Positions 1-8,024 of a DNA stretch of 36,060 bases are shown here, one piece after another. Position 1 is the stretch's first letter, and every line of letters starts with the position of its first letter. Both the position numbers and the translations under genes were made by a program. Source of the DNA: a virus (taxonomy: Duplodnaviria > Caudoviricetes); the IMG/VR virus record IMGVR_UViG_3300037424_001422, positions 1 to 36,060 of that record; one strand, written 5' to 3'. Under the pieces are notes generated by a model, which saw only the letters and a list, made by a program, of their open reading frames with translations, was not told the origin of the DNA and searched no databases.

Positions 1-124
1 CAAGTGCGTGGCAAGAACACAGAAACAATAAAAATGCTAAAGTCAATTGGCATTTTACTACTGAGAATGCTCGGATAAAATTACTGCGTCTTTATCCGAC
101 ACATGAGAGTTGACGGGACACTAG
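1..124. mobile_element. Possible end of an inserted element (IS-like) running off the left edge
   Basis: Holin-like similarity is lost at CTAG (121-124); the remaining AT-richer sequence has two hairpins (31-56; 71-79/91-99). No transposase is visible. Confidence 0.3.
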
Positions 125-268
125 GTTCTGTGCACCGGCAATGGCCTTTTCCTCATCGGTGTAAAAAGTCATATCAATGCCCTTAGCACCTGTCTTGACC
201 AGGTCCAACCCGGTATCCACAACCTCGGAGACTTTGCCCGCTCCGGTTATTGTTGCCCACAATCCCAT
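92..268 (-). pseudogene. Probable holin-like lysis gene, truncated (58 aa, MGLWATITGAGKVSEVVDTGLDLVKTGAKGIDMTFYTDEEKA...)
   Basis: Manually translated (below the ORF-track cutoff); GGAGG RBS at 274-278; the FYTDEEKA motif resembles the N-terminus of 3TM-type holins, but the frame stops before any TM helix, shortly after CTAG at 121-124. Confidence 0.5.
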
Positions 269-296
269 ATCATCCTCCAGATGATCATCTCAATTC

Positions 297-392
297 TCAA
301 GTCGAATACCCACACCCTGGGCACCGACAATCATCAGTATCGACTATCACCGCACCGCAGTACGGACACGTTTCCTGCTCCTGATCGGCCAT
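297..392 (-). CDS. 31-aa Zn-ribbon microprotein (CPYC-x10-CRCPGCGYST), possibly extended by UGA recoding to 285
   Basis: ATG at 392 with GAGGTG RBS, 1 nt after the upstream stop; five Cys. Confidence 0.6.
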   Translation of the reverse strand: MADQEQETCPYCGAVIVDTDDCRCPGCGYST

Positions 393-393
393 A

Positions 394-627
394 TCACACC
401 TCATACGTTTTATGCTTACCTGCAGCGGATCCCCGACCGACAATCCGCCCGTCCTGGATGATGACACTGACGCCCACAGGATAAAAATCAGTTGATTCGG
501 CAAACTTCACCCGCCCCGTGGCGTCCACAACCTCATATTTAGTTGTCGACAGCCGACGCACTACCCGGCTGTATCCCGTTGTCGTTTTGCCCGGCTCAAA
601 AATGTTCTTTAAAAATTGCGTGGACAT
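394..627 (-). CDS. Small tail-region protein (77 aa)
   Basis: TAATG stop/start coupling with the upstream gene; beta-rich sequence; late operon position. Confidence 0.7.
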   Translation of the reverse strand: MSTQFLKNIFEPGKTTTGYSRVVRRLSTTKYEVVDATGRVKFAESTDFYPVGVSVIIQDGRIVGRGSAAGKHKTYEV

Positions 628-944
628 TATTTTCGAGCCTCCCGCTCAATAGATAGCCGGATATCTGCGGTAAAACGCTCCCCGGTATCGTCAACAGTCA
701 GCGTTAGAGACCAGTAGCGGACAACTCCCGGCCAACGTTCAGCGGCCTCGGTCACACCCACCAGCGTCCCGGTCTCGATAAAATCATGCTGAGGACACTG
801 GCATGATTCATTCGTCCGGCTGCCGCAGTTATAATCAACCTCACGCCTGCCCCTGGAGATGGCAACACGGCTATCGGTCAGCAGCTCATCAACGATGTCC
901 GGTCCCTGCCGATTGGCTGGCGCCCTGGTCACGGTAATTTGCAT
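627..944 (-). CDS. Tail-tip region protein (start MQITVTR)
   Basis: ORF 627..956 with likely ATG at 944; phage-like composition; coupled to the next gene. Confidence 0.7.
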   Translation of the reverse strand: MQITVTRAPANRQGPDIVDELLTDSRVAISRGRREVDYNCGSRTNESCQCPQHDFIETGTLVGVTEAAERWPGVVRYWSLTLTVDDTGERFTADIRLSIEREARK

Positions 945-946
945 GA

Positions 947-1165
947 CTATTCCCAAAAATAAGAGACAAAACCAGAGACAACCAAGCCAATGAAAAATGA
1001 AATTATCAACCCAGACGTTTCTGACAAAAAAAGGAGTTGTTTTTCTTCCGCAATCGAAATAAGTATGACGAGTATTCCTATGCCTATCAACAGGTTAAGG
1101 AAAATAGCCATATTAATAATTTTCTTTTTATTCATCACAACACCCAGGGAAAAGAATGGAACCAT
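947..1165 (-). CDS. Small low-GC two-TM membrane protein (moron; start probably MNKKK)
   Basis: Two hydrophobic stretches; AT-rich; divergent from 1156..1509. Confidence 0.5.
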   Translation of the reverse strand: MVPFFSLGVVMNKKKIINMAIFLNLLIGIGILVILISIAEEKQLLFLSETSGLIISFFIGLVVSGFVSYFWE

Positions 1166-1509
1166 ACATTACACATGCCATATCCGCCTTGGCCGGTGGC
1201 CTAGTTTCATCTCTTGTAGCACCTTTCATAAAGTGGGATATAGAAAAACGAAAACTCCGCAGACAAAGCAGAATTGATAGAATTAAATTCTGGCGGTCAG
1301 AGATAGACTCCAAAAAAGACTTTCGAGAAATATTAGACACCGCGACCTTTAATGAGTTACGCAATCGCTTCACCACAGAACAACTCGATAAATTCCAATC
1401 CAGATTATTGAGCAAACATGACGGTAAATTTGAACAGTGGGATAGAGGTAAAATTTTAGAAATCCATGACGTTATTGACGAAATAGAGAAAGAATGGAAC
1501 ATCATCTGA
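1156..1509 (+). CDS. Moron protein, N-terminal membrane anchor plus charged helical domain (117 aa)
   Basis: Antisense to the late operon, AT-rich, purine-rich RBS, hydrophobic N-terminus followed by KRKLRR. Confidence 0.75.
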   Translation: MEPYITHAISALAGGLVSSLVAPFIKWDIEKRKLRRQSRIDRIKFWRSEIDSKKDFREILDTATFNELRNRFTTEQLDKFQSRLLSKHDGKFEQWDRGKILEIHDVIDEIEKEWNII

Positions 1510-1537
1510 TTAGTCATTTTTTTGTCATCCATTTGCA

Positions 1538-2050
1538 TTAACCCTCCACCCTATACTCAATGATGATATCAACCGGAAATTCCTCGCCCGGCTGCAAAAC
1601 AATTGCGGAAGTTGGCCGGTGCAGGTACTGAGTCGCGACAATCGGATAGCTGATATCACCCAGGCACGGAGCCAGGTCCGCCTGTAACGATTTGCCGGAC
1701 AGATAAAGATTACTGCCACGTCCGTACCATTTGGCCGTAGGCTGACCGCCCGGACGATACGACAAATCGACCAGGTGAGCGGGATGCTCAAACGTTATCT
1801 CCTGGCTCTTGCTCCTGGTCACCTTCCCGATCAGCTGCACATCACCATCGTCGGTTGACCGCACCCGGACTATCTTCACGTTGGCATCGTGATGAAGCAG
1901 GAAAAAAACAGCCTCACCAGGCAGGAAAGAACTCTTTTCCCGGCCATCCGCATCGAGATGCATAGCACCGTCAATCTCGGCAACAATAGATCCGGAGGCC
2001 GCAGACGACTCCCCAAACCGAGCTATGCCGGTTACTGTTTTATCGCTCAT
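1538..2050 (-). CDS. Tail-tip structural protein (170 aa)
   Basis: ATGA overlap with the 829-aa gene; late operon. Confidence 0.75.
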   Translation of the reverse strand: MSDKTVTGIARFGESSAASGSIVAEIDGAMHLDADGREKSSFLPGEAVFFLLHHDANVKIVRVRSTDDGDVQLIGKVTRSKSQEITFEHPAHLVDLSYRPGGQPTAKWYGRGSNLYLSGKSLQADLAPCLGDISYPIVATQYLHRPTSAIVLQPGEEFPVDIIIEYRVEG

Positions 2051-4536
2051 GATTCAATAATCTCCGGGAAAAACTGGACATCCTCAATATTTCGATCGGT
2101 AGCCAGAAAACTCCAATACCTGGTCTGATATGTAAGCTGCAGCAACGAGTTTTCAGCCAGCGCCGTGGTCACATTACCCGCCTCGGCAACCTCGACAGCG
2201 CCCAAATCAACAACGCTGTATTCATGATCGAGATATGCAAAAACAGGCTTCGTCGTCTGTCCGGCACCGGCGATAATCTCCACCTGCTCGGTGATCGTCT
2301 CGACAACAACACCCTGATCGACTACCTGCACCCATGACCCGCCGGAATGATGCATTATCACCCTGGCCGTATCGCTCCAGGGCAGCATCGACACCCGCAA
2401 TTCGTTTTGCGTAGCCGACACATTAACGATATCAAGGGACACGCCATCAGCAGCCAACGACTGATTGGTCAGAAAAAAAACGTTATAGCCGGGACGCGGA
2501 TCCGGCGATGGATCGATGCTGAAGAAATCGTCCTGGTCGGTGAGCTCAAGATCCGGTACCGCACTGGACCACTCGCCCACACTGACCGGATATTCCGGAC
2601 GGCAGACAAGCACTCCAGCCGGAGACGTCTGCACTATTCCACCGGCAGCAGCAACAATCCGCCTGATAAGAGAGATTGCCGACTCACCGTTGCTCTGTAA
2701 AATATTCGGAGGGATAAACCAGTTGACCAGCTGCCAGTCGACAGTAAAAGGAGCGGCCAGGGTAGCGACCAGGTCGGAGGCCATCCCGGACAGACTATCG
2801 GAGGTAATGACACTATGCGGACTATCGAGCAAAGCGGTTTTACTGACCAGCGGAACAACAAAAACACTCTCCCCCGGCTGCCGGGACCGACGCGGATCCG
2901 CATCAACGATAAAATGATACTGCCGATCATCGACCTCAATCACCACATCGGTATCAAACGGTCGATACTGCAAAAACTCCAGCTCATCGGCCAACTGCAG
3001 CTCGCCGACCATATAAAACAAAGATTCATCCTGCTCGATCATGATGTTATACGCCGAGGCATGTTCCACCCCACCGCAATACACACCCTGTTCTGTCCGT
3101 TGCACCAGGGCTTCCCCTGCAGCCAGAATATACAACTGATCCAGCTGGGCCCGCAGCAACTCAACATCAGAGACATCATAAACATGGTCAAGCATCGCCC
3201 GGTATCCGGACCCCGAGATGCTGTACCGCTGCTCAAACATCCGGCGCAAACTTTCCGGCATATCCCAGCCCTGCTCGCAATGCTGCCGGTACCTGGAGGC
3301 ATCTCCATAACTTTGGATAAACATCCGGCGAAAAAGAGTCGAATCCCCGTAATACTGAGACAATTGAGCACGATATCGCGGCGAATTACCGTAAAGCTGA
3401 GACAGGATAACCAGCATCCGCAGTCCATAGACCTGGTCAAAAACGTTGAAACGCGGCGCGGTCAATGGATAAATTTGCTCAAGTATCGAGCGCATCAGGC
3501 TATTTAATAAATCATAGTCCTGATCAAGTATTGCCCGCAGAAATGACGGGTCAGCAAATGACGACCAGCTGATTAACTGGTCGGTATAGGATAGATTTTT
3601 TAGCTTTATCCAGTCTGCCGACCGCACAACATTGCTTTTCGCCGCATACTGCAGGATCATTTGCGGCTTTCTGGCAAGGTAACCGCTAGCTATCCTTGTT
3701 ACGCCGGACAGTGACCAACCGTTATTAGAGAGACTGGCCGTGACATCAACTCCGTTTTCAAAAACCTTGTTTGCCGAGGTAACGGCAACATGGATCCAGA
3801 CGTTATTGACAACACTGGTGCCACTCCTGATTACATTAGATGCATCCATCAGGCCGATTTTGTCGTTAGAAAAAACAATGCCATCACCGCCGGCATGGAA
3901 AATACCATCGCCGCTAATTGTGGAAACGGGTTTTAAAAATGCTTCAAATGTCCAATCTGCAGTAGCGGCTATATTGGCCGTATCGGCATAATCGTCAGCA
4001 CCATCAAAATCGATGGCTTTACCGACAGCTCCATCAACCAGATCCCCGCTGCTCATCGAACCATATGTCGTCATATGATGGCCGTTAACGGTCGAATCCA
4101 ATAACTGAGGAGCAACACCGGCAGGGTTCTGAGCCATGTTATACACAGCCGAAAAATCAGCATCCCACACAGACTGTGCCGGGGAACTGCCCACCGCGCC
4201 AACATACGCCGTGTTATCGTCCTGGGCGGAATCGTAAGAAAGTATCAGGATGGTATCAACAGACGAGGAATAGCTTGGTACTTTTGTGTGTAGCAGCGCC
4301 TTGCCTGCTCCTGAGTCCCATTTTTCAACCTCCACCGGACACTGCGCTCCGCCTGTCTCAACCGACAACTTAAGACTGCTGCCGCCGATTTCGGAGAATA
4401 TCGCGGAGTGCAGCGGATCAGTGCCATCCAGAGGGATTGCAAGGGAGAAATCGGCAATGTCTGAAGAAATAACCGAACTATTTAGAGTCAAACGGACCTT
4501 TTTATTGTCGGGTACTAGTGAAGGGTCAAACGCCAT
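2047..4536 (-). CDS. Large tail-tip protein: DUF2341-like and ConA/LamG-like N-terminus, QxY repeats, hub/Tal-like C-terminus
   Basis: CPVEVEKWD...LHTKVP, VGKAIDFDGADDY, WIHVAVT and RSADWIK motifs; about 10 repeats; C-terminal ESAISLIRRIVAAAGGIVQTSPAGVLVCRP resembles baseplate hub proteins. Confidence 0.75.
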   Translation of the reverse strand: MAFDPSLVPDNKKVRLTLNSSVISSDIADFSLAIPLDGTDPLHSAIFSEIGGSSLKLSVETGGAQCPVEVEKWDSGAGKALLHTKVPSYSSSVDTILILSYDSAQDDNTAYVGAVGSSPAQSVWDADFSAVYNMAQNPAGVAPQLLDSTVNGHHMTTYGSMSSGDLVDGAVGKAIDFDGADDYADTANIAATADWTFEAFLKPVSTISGDGIFHAGGDGIVFSNDKIGLMDASNVIRSGTSVVNNVWIHVAVTSANKVFENGVDVTASLSNNGWSLSGVTRIASGYLARKPQMILQYAAKSNVVRSADWIKLKNLSYTDQLISWSSFADPSFLRAILDQDYDLLNSLMRSILEQIYPLTAPRFNVFDQVYGLRMLVILSQLYGNSPRYRAQLSQYYGDSTLFRRMFIQSYGDASRYRQHCEQGWDMPESLRRMFEQRYSISGSGYRAMLDHVYDVSDVELLRAQLDQLYILAAGEALVQRTEQGVYCGGVEHASAYNIMIEQDESLFYMVGELQLADELEFLQYRPFDTDVVIEVDDRQYHFIVDADPRRSRQPGESVFVVPLVSKTALLDSPHSVITSDSLSGMASDLVATLAAPFTVDWQLVNWFIPPNILQSNGESAISLIRRIVAAAGGIVQTSPAGVLVCRPEYPVSVGEWSSAVPDLELTDQDDFFSIDPSPDPRPGYNVFFLTNQSLAADGVSLDIVNVSATQNELRVSMLPWSDTARVIMHHSGGSWVQVVDQGVVVETITEQVEIIAGAGQTTKPVFAYLDHEYSVVDLGAVEVAEAGNVTTALAENSLLQLTYQTRYWSFLATDRNIEDVQFFPEIIES

Positions 4537-4846
4537 TCCCTACCCTCCGTGAGTAATAACAATCTCCGCAGCCGTCATAAACGACACCATCCAGCACTTT
4601 TCCCTCATGCCAGTTATCTGATCCACAGGATGGACATCTGGCAGGTTTTATAGATCTTGTTGCTCTGGCCTCTTTGACTTCTTTGATCTTTTTTACCTGC
4701 GCAGTCTTAAACCTCTCGTCCAGATGCCCCTGGATGCGTTGTCGCACAAATCTGATATCGGTCACCCCCTCAGCCTCAAACTGATTTAACAGCGACATGG
4801 TGTTCTGGAGATCCCTTCCTGCATATGCGGTGTAAATAATCATCAT
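4526..4846 (-). CDS. Hypothetical protein with C-terminal Zn ribbon (CPSC...CGDC)
   Basis: 106-aa ORF overlapping the downstream start; two CxxC motifs. Confidence 0.65.
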   Translation of the reverse strand: MMIIYTAYAGRDLQNTMSLLNQFEAEGVTDIRFVRQRIQGHLDERFKTAQVKKIKEVKEARATRSIKPARCPSCGSDNWHEGKVLDGVVYDGCGDCYYSRRVGNGV

Positions 4847-4852
4847 AGTGTC

Positions 4853-5806
4853 CTAACAAATAAACTCATAGAGGCTATAGATGCCGTTAAGGTTGTAGTA
4901 TACCGGAGAAGGGTCTGTAGTTTCGCCCGCTCCAAAACAGGATCCGACAAAAAATGAATAAAAAATAGGCACCTCAACATGGGGGTATCTTTGATCCGTA
5001 TGCGATACGGTATACCCAGGCCCGCCCCACAGTCCGTGGATAGATGATTCGTGCAAAAAATGGAAAACCATCGTATCCTCTCCTGTTGGGGAGAGTGAGT
5101 ATCTTCCCCAGGTGGACCGGAACGACTTGGACAGCGGGGTATCAAAAAAACTACAGGGCCACAAACCGGAACTCACCGCCAGCGCGTACCTCCCCTCCGG
5201 CGGCTCAAATTGGTTAATAATCTCTGACCACCTTCCGTTTACCGATCTGAGGTCTCCATAAACAGCAGAACACCCGTCAGACACCCGAACTCTTGCCGGG
5301 CCGCAGGCATTTCCGGTAAAAACCCGTATTGATCTGGACTCAACGTAACCGTCCTTTACTGTTCTGGCCTGATCCAGGAAAAAACCACTGCCTCTGACAG
5401 AGACCAAAAATGGTGCCCTTCCGCCCGTTACAGAGATGAAGGCTGCAGACATATCAGCAACAACGGCGGCAGAGTTTTCTTCATCCACTACAAGCGGGTC
5501 CACTTGATCGCAACAATTCTGTCCAGACAGATCATAAGTAAGCCGCTTTTCGCCACACGGATGGACACGCGGAGCCATCTCGATATTGACAAACCGCCCC
5601 TGGGCATCGCGGCCGTCGTCATCAAGAACAATCCCGAGATGCTCCAGGATCTCATCCTGCGAATAACCATCCCACACCGGATCACCCTCAACACAGCATT
5701 GCAGGGCACCGGTCGGTTCACAGCAGATGTTTTCCATCTCCGCCGCAGTCTTACAGGCCGGTTTGAGCTCGTCAACGTGGGTGATTGTCTCGATGATCCT
5801 GGCCAT
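4853..5806 (-). CDS. Cys-rich tail-tip protein (317 aa)
   Basis: Tightly packed in the late operon; three CC pairs plus further Cys; aromatic-rich C-terminus. Confidence 0.7.
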   Translation of the reverse strand: MARIIETITHVDELKPACKTAAEMENICCEPTGALQCCVEGDPVWDGYSQDEILEHLGIVLDDDGRDAQGRFVNIEMAPRVHPCGEKRLTYDLSGQNCCDQVDPLVVDEENSAAVVADMSAAFISVTGGRAPFLVSVRGSGFFLDQARTVKDGYVESRSIRVFTGNACGPARVRVSDGCSAVYGDLRSVNGRWSEIINQFEPPEGRYALAVSSGLWPCSFFDTPLSKSFRSTWGRYSLSPTGEDTMVFHFLHESSIHGLWGGPGYTVSHTDQRYPHVEVPIFYSFFVGSCFGAGETTDPSPVYYNLNGIYSLYEFIC

Positions 5807-5808
5807 GG

Positions 5809-6645
5809 TTATTGCTCATCCTCATCGTTTTCAGGGCAAGGGATAGCCTCATCCCATTCGCGGATAATTTCTTTCGTGCAGGCATCGACCAGGATATTAT
5901 GCCGGACGCATTGTTCATCATCCGGATCATCCGGATCATCCGGATTTATAATAAGGCTCTCCCCGAAAGCACAGCTGCCCGACATATCCGGCAAGTCGAC
6001 ATCGTGCGACTCGACCCCACCGGCCCATACGGCAAAAACCGTCGACTGATAGGCTCCGTCGCGGTCGTTTGCTTCATATTCTCCAGCCGGTCGGGGAGCA
6101 ATCGTCAGGGTGTAGGCGTCATGCTCCTCGGTATAGGCCAGGCGCAGCACTCCGGACACCTTCATACCGCCCCAGGAGAGCACCGAGCCGTTGACCGAGA
6201 TAGGCGGGTGAGGAAAAACCTCGCTGCCGGACGCGTCAAACACCACGCTTTCCCAAAAGGCACTAACCGTCCCGACAAGCTGCACTTCCAGATCCAGACT
6301 ATCCGCCTGCTCAACCGTCACAGATTTTTTATGTGTGCCTTGATGAATATATTTTGCACTCAGCTCCCCATAGCTGGCATGAGCCTTGTACGCCAGATCC
6401 GGGCGGGATCGATGCACCTGTATCTCCACAGTCAAACTGCCGTCACCTTCGCAATGCGAGGCATAGATAGCAAAATACTCATGCAGGGTGACCAGCGAAT
6501 AACCTTTGCCCTGCTGGGACATCCAGGCAAAAAACCCACCTGCCGGAGCCTCCGGCCATTCCGGCTGCTCGATACGCAGCCAGTCACCGGATGACCCGGC
6601 ATCCGGCTGCGACCGGTTTATGCGGAGCGTGGTAAATTCAGTCAT
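5809..6645 (-). CDS. Tail-tip structural protein (278 aa) with acidic Cys-containing C-terminus
   Basis: TGATG coupling; PDDPDDPDD repeat. Confidence 0.7.
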   Translation of the reverse strand: MTEFTTLRINRSQPDAGSSGDWLRIEQPEWPEAPAGGFFAWMSQQGKGYSLVTLHEYFAIYASHCEGDGSLTVEIQVHRSRPDLAYKAHASYGELSAKYIHQGTHKKSVTVEQADSLDLEVQLVGTVSAFWESVVFDASGSEVFPHPPISVNGSVLSWGGMKVSGVLRLAYTEEHDAYTLTIAPRPAGEYEANDRDGAYQSTVFAVWAGGVESHDVDLPDMSGSCAFGESLIINPDDPDDPDDEQCVRHNILVDACTKEIIREWDEAIPCPENDEDEQ

Positions 6646-7652
6646 CAGCCCGCAGCCTCACCGCCAAACACCTGGGTGCATTTGTTATTGGCAAGAGACG
6701 CGGATCCCGCAGGCACGATCCGACGCTGACCGATTGGCACGCGGGCAGGGTGGGTGGTAAAGCTGAGGTTGTCGCCAGCCGTCCAGGTACCGCCGAGCAT
6801 CCCGGCTTCGATCGTCAGATAGATCCGGGAGAAATCAGGGTTAAGCGGGGAAAAGTCCGTCCCGATCACGCCCGATCCGACAGCGCCCAGGGTGTCGCCG
6901 GTAAGGGTGAAATGGGTGGCATCGGTAAAATCCAAGCTCCAATCCTGTTCGACCGTGCCGTAGTTATCCAGGAGCATCGGATATGAGCCAGTGTCTATCG
7001 TCCCCGCAGCCGACGTTTTGACGACTGCCGTTGCGCTCGGCTGGGTATCGCCGGGACGGATCAGGCTCGACACGCGGGCGGTGCCGTCGGCGGTAAACGC
7101 TGTTGTGAAAGCGGCGGTGACGGTGATCGTCACGACCAGGCCGGAATAGGTTGGCGTACCGGAAATGGTTTTTATTTCCTCGGCTCCGTCACTGGCCAGA
7201 GCGTCGGTGTTGGAGCAAATCTTGATCTCGTAACCGTCCTTAAAAATATCGTAGGTCCCACCAGGCAGCAGATCGGCGTTCTTAACCGTCGCGGTGAACG
7301 TCAAAGCACCGACAGCGATATTCGCAGCCAGCACGGCGGTACCGCGCAGATTAGCTGCAGCCATCTCAGCAGCAAGATCCGCCTGGGCGGTCCGCTGTCC
7401 GGACAACCACATAACAACAAAATCATCAGGCGAGATCGTCGGCTTGTCGTGATAAGCTTCAGGGTCCAGCAGGGGCAGGTTGTCGGTGTTCTTCAGCCCC
7501 CAAAAAGTTTTTACATCAGTCACCAGGCCGGACGCACGCTGCGAGCTCGTAACATGGGGAAACACCCCCTGCACTACGCCGGAGGCGATGGTTGTGGCCG
7601 AACATCGGCCGTTAGCCAGGGGCTTGAATACTGCCAGGTCGGTTGATAGCAT
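6645..7652 (-). CDS. Tail structural protein (335 aa, Thr/Gly/Ala-rich, beta-type)
   Basis: GGAG RBS; second gene after the tape measure. Confidence 0.75.
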   Translation of the reverse strand: MLSTDLAVFKPLANGRCSATTIASGVVQGVFPHVTSSQRASGLVTDVKTFWGLKNTDNLPLLDPEAYHDKPTISPDDFVVMWLSGQRTAQADLAAEMAAANLRGTAVLAANIAVGALTFTATVKNADLLPGGTYDIFKDGYEIKICSNTDALASDGAEEIKTISGTPTYSGLVVTITVTAAFTTAFTADGTARVSSLIRPGDTQPSATAVVKTSAAGTIDTGSYPMLLDNYGTVEQDWSLDFTDATHFTLTGDTLGAVGSGVIGTDFSPLNPDFSRIYLTIEAGMLGGTWTAGDNLSFTTHPARVPIGQRRIVPAGSASLANNKCTQVFGGEAAG

Positions 7653-7655
7653 GTG

Positions 7656-8024
7656 CTACTCCATAATTATCATAGTTATAGTGCCGTAATACATATCGCT
7701 CGCTATAGGATCGGCATAGCCGTCAATCTGTTCGACTTCAACAGTCTTCACTATCACCCGCCAGCTGCCGATATGATGGATAAAATCAACAATCTCAGCC
7801 GATCCACGATACAAATTGATAGCGTCGATCTGAGCCCCGCTGAATAATCCGACCCCATCACCGGGATCCTGCAACGAAAGTTCCTGCCCGGCTGCCATGG
7901 CAATAGACTGATGCACGGGACGGCCACCCAGGGTCATACGTGTCGATCCTGCCCGAAGGGACATGTTCTTTGTGCCCGGTAAAAGCAGATGATCGGATAA
8001 AACAACGGTGCCGATAGATATCAT
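7656..8024 (-). CDS. Distal tail (Dit-like) protein, 122 aa
   Basis: Directly follows the tape measure with ATGA overlap; size and position fit. Confidence 0.55.
   Translation of the reverse strand: MISIGTVVLSDHLLLPGTKNMSLRAGSTRMTLGGRPVHQSIAMAAGQELSLQDPGDGVGLFSGAQIDAINLYRGSAEIVDFIHHIGSWRVIVKTVEVEQIDGYADPIASDMYYGTITMIIME

Noticed and set aside
2047-5806. Diversity-generating retroelement targeting tail genes
   Set aside because: No reverse transcriptase motif and no TR/VR pair with adenine-specific differences seen in the window.
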